Origin: Octopus sinensis
Taxonomy: Eukaryota
Assembly: GCF_006345805.1 (NCBI RefSeq)
Contig: NC_043000.1
Span: 113,088,001-113,152,000 of the forward strand
DNA: 64,000 bases
Direction: 5' to 3'
The notes under the pieces are model-generated. The model saw only the letters and a list, made by a program, of their open reading frames with translations. It was not told the DNA's origin and ran no database searches. The position numbers and the translations under genes are program-made. Below are positions 55,908 through 64,000 of the stretch, one piece after another; within the stretch, counting starts at the first letter, position 1, and each line of letters begins with the position of its first letter.

Positions 55908-56071
55908 ACAACGGGCTTCTTTGAGTTTCTGTCTAACAAATATACTCACAAGACTTTATTCGGCCCAAGGCTACAGTAGAAGACGCTTGCCCAATATGTC
56001 ACCCAGTGGGACTGAACTGGGAACCATAGGATTAGGAAACAAGCTTCTTACCTCACTGCTGCTCCTGCGCA
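55908..56071 (-). mobile_element. SINE family D head half
   Basis: Matches 61210-61374. Confidence 0.8.
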
Positions 56072-56100
56072 TATTATATATATATATATATATATAATAT

Positions 56101-56392
56101 TAATTAAGGGTAGAAATTGATATTTATCAATTAAAACCAGTGGTCTAGCATATTAAAAAAGAATCCGAAGATTAAAATATTTATAGATACCAATTAAGGA
56201 CTGAACACGAAAAGTGGACAGTCAACATGCTAGATATAGAATCAAATCGCCATCTCCACAAAAGATTATGTTCTCAAATCAAACTCAGCACAGTTTGATT
56301 TGAGAACATAATCTTTTGTGGAGAATGGCGATTTGACGTCTATATCTAGCATGTTGACTGTCCACTTTTCGTGTTCAGTCCTTAATTGGTAT
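56101..56392. mobile_element. TA-embedded element ending in a near-perfect 206-bp palindrome (56187-56392)
   Basis: Arms of 99 and 101 bp with loop cagcac. The start aattaagggtagaaattgatatttatcaattaaaaccagtgg resembles the start of the 546-bp unit. Confidence 0.8.
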
Positions 56393-56439
56393 ATATATAT
56401 ATATATTATAGGGGGGGGGCGTTTGTGCATGCATGTATA

Positions 56440-56491
<52 letters not shown>

Positions 56492-57382
56492 ATAATATAT
56501 CATACAACCCACACAAACCCCACAATACAAACATATATATTGAGAAAGAGGGGGGGGAGATGGGGAAGGAATGAGAGACGGAAGAAGAGAATAATGGCTT
56601 GGCTTTGTTGAATGGAATATATTTGTATTTCGAATGGTGTTAACGATGGAAACGTCATAGTTTCGGGTGTTCGTATGTTTGCACGAACAAACGAACAGAG
56701 GGACGGTTCGGTTGGATGGTGCAGTGATTGTCAGAGGGCGGGGCTTGCCAATGGAGCTGTCTTCTCTCCTAATTACTAGTGTTCAGTTGAGGTTGAAAAA
56801 CCTCTTTCACAAATAGAAACTGGAGACAAGCCTCGAAATATCTTCACTGCATCATATTATTGCCGCCATCATTGTAACTATTGCAGCCCCATCTTTTCCT
56901 TATTATTAAAAGACTATTGTTCATCTCCATCTTGCCGTTGTTCTCCCTATTTCTTTTATTCCTCTTCCTGATAAAAACATTATTTCGATGATGTCTACAT
57001 CTTTATTGTCGTGACTCTGTTGCTGTCATTGTTATAATTTTCATGTTTGTTTTTGGTGTGTTTTTTTGTGTTTGTTAATATCGTCCTTATGTTATTTTTT
57101 TTTTTTATAATTTATATAACTTCAGAGAATGTTTCGATTTTCTTATTGACGCCTGTCCGTGTTGTTGCTGTTGTCGTTGTTGTTTTTTTTAGGGGTATTT
57201 TTGTGTTTCTTTTCTTAAACACTAGTTTTTTATTAATGATTGTTGTTGCTGTTGTTGATGGTGGTTTAATGATTTAACTACGTTACGCTTGATGTTGTTG
57301 GTGTTAACGGCGATCGTGATGATGTTGATGATGATCATGGTGGTGATGGTGGTGGTGGGGTTACTGATGATGATGGTGACGG

Positions 57383-57427
<45 letters not shown>

Positions 57428-57740
57428 CCATAGTAACGGTGATGGTAATGGTGATGAAGGTGATGAGGAGGACGTGGATGAGTAGGAGGATGATGAGAAT
57501 CATGATGACGATGATGATCATGTAGATGGTAGATGATGATGATGATGATGATGATTAAGGAGGTGATGGCGATGATGTGAAAAATGATGATGATGATGAT
57601 GAAGGAGGTGATAGCGATGAGGATGATGATGATGATGATGATGATGAACGAGGTGATGGCGATGATGAGGATATTGGTGGTGATGATGATGATCATGCTG
57701 AGCAAGATCATAATGACCATGATGGTGATGACGATGACTA

Positions 57741-57840
57741 NNNNNNNNNNNNNNNNNNNNNNNNNNNNNNNNNNNNNNNNNNNNNNNNNNNNNNNNNNNN
57801 NNNNNNNNNNNNNNNNNNNNNNNNNNNNNNNNNNNNNNNN
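57741..57840. other. Assembly gap (100 N)
   Basis: Run of N. Confidence 1.
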
Positions 57841-59827
57841 CGTAGTATGTCTGAATCAGGAACCACGTGGTTGGTAAGCAAGCTACTTACTACACAGCCA
57901 CTCTTGCGCCTATCTCTAACACATCAATTTAATTTTGAGAATCTGATCAAAGACTTTGCGATTATAAAAAGTAGGAGAAACACTTTTCATATATAAATAA
58001 AGTGGAAGTAGACAAAAATAAACATTATTTTCCATCTTTCTCTTAGTTTTGTTTCATTTTGACAAATAATTTATTTTATGGCTCATTATTGTTTATATTT
58101 TGAGTTACAAATATAGGGAGAGGGGACCAAAACCTTTGAAGTAATTAGGGCCTTCATGGGTCTTAATCCGGCCCTGTTACAAAAGCTTCAGAAGTACATG
58201 TATGAGAGAATAACTTACAAAATCTTGATCTGTTGATAAAAGTTTTACATAAATAAATTTTGGGCAATGAAAAATTGCATCATTACAAAATAAATTAAAC
58301 AAATGAAAATGCCAAACATGAGAGGTGGACTCGTATAGGTAATCTAGGTAAAAGTGTTGCACAGAATTACAGACGCAAAATACCATATTTTCGGCTAAAC
58401 CGAATGGCTTTCGTAGGAACAGTAATTATAAGCAACTCTTAATCATACGAGAGGGGGAAACACTTTCAGTATAGAGATACACGTTTACATGTATAAGTAT
58501 CAGTCTGTGTGTGTAGGAAGAGAGAGAGAGAGAGAGAGAGAGTATGCGAGAGAGAGATTTGCACACACACCAACATACGCATGTATATGTATACTGTTTA
58601 ATCTTTATTCGTTAACTAGTTGTTTCAGGGTATTAAATTATTTAATAATGAATAATGAGGATAACTCTTTTATTAGGTAATAATGAGGGTAACCCTTTTA
58701 TTCCTCGAATTCCTTAATGAAAATGTTGACTAGTACACTATTACTACGACTCGATATTCCCCGACATTCCCCGTCATTTGTAACAGTGATAACTCCATTC
58801 CAATTACACTCGTCTTCTTATTACAAGTGGATTTCACTCACCCAAATATCATATTTGTCTCTACACCAACATCCTACCTCTATTTTGCTCTACCAGATAT
58901 AATAATCACACAAAACACTACCATTCCACAAATGTTAAAACTAAGTATTTCAGTTCCCTTCTACAATCCCCCAAAGACAACTACCACCCATTGTAATTCT
59001 GTACGTGTCTCTCCCCTCCTCTCTTTGAGCTTAAATCTTTAGCAAGGGCTTGCTACATCCCGGCCCTGCCCTTAATTGGCTTTACTTATGCATATATCTA
59101 TTTATATTTTCTTACTTCGATTCATTCCCTGCTACCCACTTTTTGAAGCTTAGTATAATAAGTTACACAATAATTGCCTACACATCTCCAGTCTCTGAAA
59201 TAAACCAGTCTTTTTGTTGGTTTTTCTCCCATTTCATGGTCAGCTTCGGCCGGCTTCAGGCATGTTCCCACTGTGTTCTTTGTATATTCTATTGGTTTGA
59301 AATTATTTTTGATCTGATGATTACGGTTTATTCAAGTGATGTAATGTTCTCATTCTTCTATTTAAAAAATGTGTAAGAAACAGCTGTAACGAGCTGACGT
59401 TTATCCATCGTCTGTTATTATTCATTTGTGTATGATTAAAAAGTAAAGTTTTCATCCATTCGTCCATGCCAATGCTTTAAAATTTAATTTTAAATATTTA
59501 AGAATTAAATTATATATTAATTAATATTAAATATTTAATATCAAATATTTAAAGTTAAATTATATATAAATTATATATTAACATAAGGCTTCGATTTATC
59601 TAAAACCATTATAACCCAGGAGAATTTTTCATGCATTCAATAACCCCCCAGGATGGCAAAAGGGTCAATTACATCAGTTTTCTTTCTACTTTCCCCAACT
59701 TTCAAACAGACAAGAAGAATATTATCATTCTTGGAAAAGAGAAACCAAAGCTTAAGTTGAAAATCAAAACCGAGATAGGCAGCAAGGAATGTCATCGTTA
59801 CTTTGATTGAAAGAATAGTCTGAGTAA

Positions 59828-60208
59828 GGAGGCGCAATGGCCCAGTGGTTAGGGCAGCGGACTCGCGGTCGTAGGATCGCGGTTTCGATTCCCAGACTGG
59901 GCGTTGTGAGTGTTTATTGAGTGAAAACACCTAAAGCACCACGAGGCTCCGGCAGGGATGGTGGTGATCCCTGCTGTACTCTTTCACCACAACTTTCTCT
60001 CACTCTTACTTCCTGTTTCTGTTGTACCTGTATTTCAAAGGGCCGGCCTTGTCACTCTCTGTGTCACGCTGAATATCCCCGAGAACTGCGTTAAGGGTAC
60101 ACGTGTCTGTGGAGTGCTCAGCCACTTACACGTTAATTTCACGAGCAGGCTGTTCCGTTGATCGGATCAACCGGAACCCTCATCGTCGTAACCGACGGAG
60201 TGCTTCCA
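59828..60208 (+). mobile_element. tRNA-derived SINE, family C (well preserved)
   Basis: ggaggcgcaatggcccagtggttagggcagcggactcgcggtcgtaggatcgcggtttcgattccc head with A/B-box-like motifs. Confidence 0.92.
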
Positions 60209-60798
60209 CACAGTCTGAGTGAATGACGAGATGACCCATTCTGGACAAATTTTTCTGTTTCCCATGTCTGTTGGTCTGTCAGTATACGAACACATTTTCT
60301 CAACTTTGAAGTGATATTGAAAACGAAATCATTTAATTGCCTAGTTATTACAAGTGAAGGTGTAATTAAGCCAATGGTCGAAAAAAAAAACAGCTTTTGT
60401 TGCCGTTATGTTTGGTGAGACTACAGACCTTCGAATGAAATCTTAACTATCACACGTTTTGCGATTTGTTGATGAGAAAAAAAAAAGCTTTTCAAGAAAG
60501 GTTTAGGGGATAAGTCGATGTCAGTAAAGACAGAGAAGCTTCGTCACCGACAGAGGCTGTACAATGTTATACACATTCGTTTAATGTAGTACTCTCTTAA
60601 TCAGCTTCAAGAGTTCGTGTATGTCGAATTTACTTCCAAACTTTAAAAAGAATTTCGACTTCTTTCTCAAAGTCGACAGCTGGATGAAATCGTTGGAAGG
60701 TGATTTTTAAAGTTATACGTTCATTTTCCGTGCCTTACTACTTCAAACGGGTGCCAAATAGGGAGGGGGAGGGGAAACTGTTTTAAACATTTTCAGAC

Positions 60799-60850
<52 letters not shown>

Positions 60851-60889
60851 TATATTTCAAGACATATATTTATATATCTATATACTCTT

Positions 60890-61171
60890 TTACTCTTTTA
60901 CTTGTTTCAGTCATTTGACTGCGGCCATGCTGGAGCACCACCTTTATATATATATTATATATATATTCTTTACTCTAATTTTACTCTTTTACTTGTTTCA
61001 GTCATTTGACTGCGGCCATTCTGGAGCACCGCCTTTAGTCGAGCAAATCTTATTCTTTGTAAGCCTACTACTTATTCTATCGGTCTCTTTTGTCGAACCG
61101 CTAAGTTACGGGGACGTAAACACACCAGCATCGGCTGTCAAGCGATGTTGGGGAAACAAACACAAACACAG

Positions 61172-61206
<35 letters not shown>

Positions 61207-61374
61207 CATACAACGGGCTTCTTTCAGTTTCCATCTACCAAATCCACTCACAAGGCTTTGGTCGGCCCGAGGCTATAGTAGAAGACACTTGCCCAAGGTG
61301 CCACGCAGTGGGACTGAACCCGGAAACATGTGGTTGGTAAGCAAGCTACTTACCACACAGCCACTCCTGCGCCT
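60890..61374 (-). mobile_element. SINE family D, complete, with an extra copy of the 3' tail at 60890-60942
   Basis: Head aggcgcaggagtggctgtgtggtaagtagc and tail ggtgctccag(c/a)atggccgcagtcaaatgactgaaacaagtaaaa. Confidence 0.9.
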
Positions 61375-62671
61375 ATATATATCTATGTTTATATATGTAT
61401 ATATATATATATATATATAGTAGTATATAATTAAAAGTGTAGGCAACAGAATTATATATATATTATATATATATTGCGTGTGTATGTATGTTTATGGATG
61501 TAAGTGTGTGTGCAACCACCTAAGTTCCGATAATTGTGTTAAGGTGCTGACCATTAAACGTCACAAGTCATCTTACAATAAGACGTCTCCGCATTAATGA
61601 AAGTTTTAATTCTCGACGTATGATGCGATAAAACGTAATCTTGATAAAACCAGATTTACTAAAACGATAATCATTATTTCTTTCTAAACAAAAGCAGCAA
61701 AATTATGAATATGAATGTCAAAGAAATAACAGATAGCACATTATCTGCATGAATTTCCACTAATTACGTATATTATGATTTCAATGACCTTATCCATAAA
61801 AACCTGATGAATGGGTGCTTGGCTTCTGTGGAGTTAGACAAAATACATAAAGTTAAAGCGATAAAACCACCATAACAATGTACGTATATATATATATAAT
61901 ATCTATATATATATATATATATATACTATATATATATATTATATATATGATATGTGTATATATATGTATATATACAAGTATATATATACAGGTATATATA
62001 TATTATATATATATATATATAACAAGTATATATATATACAAGTATATATATATATATATGCATGTATATATATACTATAATATATATATTCTTTTTTTAT
62101 TCCTTGTTTGTTTGTTCCAGTCATATATATATGTACACGTATATATATATTATATATATATATATTTATAAGTAAATATATGTATATATATGTGCATATA
62201 TATATATGTATACACCTATATACACTTGTACATATCTATTTGTCTATCTATCTATCTATCTATATCTATATATATATATATATCTATAATATATATATCT
62301 ATATATATATATATAATATGCATACATACATACGCACGTACGTATGCATATGTGAAATGATTTGTGTTGTATGTGTATGCAAAGTGCATTTCCGAAAGTT
62401 TGAGACATTTTATTAGAAGACACTGTTTATATTAGTTCCTTGATTCGTTGTAATTTTAGTATATCATAAATTTACCTATAATAAGCTGACCTGCCACGAT
62501 TCTTTTATTTTATACCAGATCGAATGAGACGGCTTTAACAGCACTTTGAACGCGTCATGCTAAACACTTTTGACCATAAATTCGTTTGTCTTTTAATGTC
62601 GAACCTGTTTTACTTTTATATTTATGCGATCGGGCTCGATGAAGTAAAATATCAGTCAGGGAAAATAAGAA

Positions 62672-62744
62672 CACCACAACAAACACGAGGTTCACGGAGC
62701 TGCGTTCGGTAGTGCAGTGAAAGCATGTGATAAAAATAAAACTA

Positions 62745-62747
<3 letters not shown>
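62672..62747 (+). mobile_element. R4/Dong family 1, extreme 3' end
   Basis: gagctgcgttcggtagtgcagtgaaagca..ataaaaataaaactactg followed by (AAT)n. Confidence 0.8.
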
Positions 62748-62801
<54 letters not shown>

Positions 62802-62802
<1 letters not shown>

Positions 62803-63355
62803 GCCGTGATGCAGTACCAGGCAGTGGCTCTCGTGGCTTCTGATCTTAACTGATTGGAAGTGTTATCATGTACATTGTTTTGTCTTGGTATAAAAGATGG
62901 GCTACAGCAAATATTCTGCTCAATACCACAGATTTGAATGTCAGTTGTTTGACCGTGACCAGTTGACCATGTCCCTTAGTGGCTGACGATATGTGCATCT
63001 CTGATCATGAGCAGAAGTAATGGGGGTGTATCATAGCCGTGTGTTGAAAGGAATTCTTAGAGCTTTGGATAATTCACCTTTGAAAACATCGGTGGTTCGT
63101 TCAACATCCTTAAACAATCCTTATTCAGGGACCTTTTGAGCGGGATGGGCTACTCGACCAGAAGAAAATTCTAACTCGGCCCCACCTGGAAGGTCATGCG
63201 CTGTTTATCTTCATATGAGATCACCATGTCGCGCACATATGGTTGTGATGCATGTGCCTGGTGTACCTTATCAGACGAGTAGTCATGGTTGGTATACTGG
63301 GCTTCGTATATTTTACCCCAGTGTCACGTTGATGGCATGCACTGCTCCTTCACTC
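62802..63355 (+). mobile_element. ~550-bp non-coding interspersed element flanked by (TAA)n, longer copy
   Basis: High similarity to 52994-53497. No tRNA head, no TIR and no recognisable ORF. Confidence 0.85.
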
Positions 63356-63390
<35 letters not shown>

Positions 63391-64000
63391 TTATTATACA
63401 CACACACGTATATGTCTAACAGGGATATTCTCCTGTCTAACTCACCATTGACCGACTCCATCAAGTTCCATATATCAACATGGCCAATCATCTCGAGAAC
63501 GATGCTCAAAATATGACCATTGCTTTGTGTTTTTTTAAAATCTACAGAGAACTCTGATTTTCAAAGGTAACTTAGTTTAATGGATGGAGATATCAGTCAT
63601 ATAACAAAAGCGGTTTGGACCACACGTTTTCTTTATTCTTACGTGTGAGACCTGATGAGGATGTGATGTAGCTCGAAATTGCTCGAATTAAAATTTAAAT
63701 CTACAGTAAAGAACGAGGTTTTATATATTGTCGGTTACAAATTTGTATTTTGCTTTTAACCGTAAAACATTTGAATAGCTATAAAAGATTTACTCATCCT
63801 CCATTCTCCATATCTGTATCGCCTCTCAACACTGCATAAACATTGTGCTGAGACATGTAACAACAAATGATCGTGTGGCTAAATATACGAATATATTGGG
63901 TACGTTGCTATACCATCTTAATTTTCCATTACAATTTCTCTCTCTAACTCTTTCACACACGCACACACACACCCACCCACCCACACTCACACACACACAA

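Noticed and set aside
59828-59900. SINE heads as functional tRNA genes (also 14801, 27394, 3144)
   Set aside because: They continue into SINE bodies and lack a complete acceptor stem.
62802-62860. HDV-like ribozyme or C/D snoRNA at the 5' end of the 550-bp element
   Set aside because: A P1-like stem exists but P3, P1.1 and J4/2 cannot be assigned. The box C-like motif is imperfect and too close to box D.
63645-63695. Hammerhead-like CTGATGAgg..ctcGAAA
   Set aside because: Stem II is mispaired, stem III/cleavage triplet is not intact and stem I is unconvincing. At best a heavily decayed remnant.

Overview
AT-rich, repeat-saturated eukaryotic DNA with no prokaryotic features. The tRNA-derived SINE families and the microsatellite load point to an octopod cephalopod (inference, not verified). 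Most of the window is microsatellite, at least four SINE families, CR1 remnants, R4/Dong-clade RLE LINEs (one near full length, all with 3' ends on (TAA)n tracts), Tc1/mariner remnants, two non-autonomous Helitrons and Penelope-like (PLE) fragments. There is a 100-N gap at 57741-57840. Almost all ORFs in the supplied track are microsatellite read-through artefacts. The most striking structure is a six-unit head-to-tail array of a 545-546 bp element in a (TA)n tract (15351-18610). Each unit carries a minus-strand type I hammerhead-ribozyme-like fold with a palindromic stem III, so it is a retrozyme or pLTR-concatemer candidate. A second minimal-hammerhead family occurs at 43994-44038 and 48687-48730. 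Weak evidence suggests minus-strand host exons, including a SEA-like exon at 12308-12491 bracketed by a local inverted duplication.
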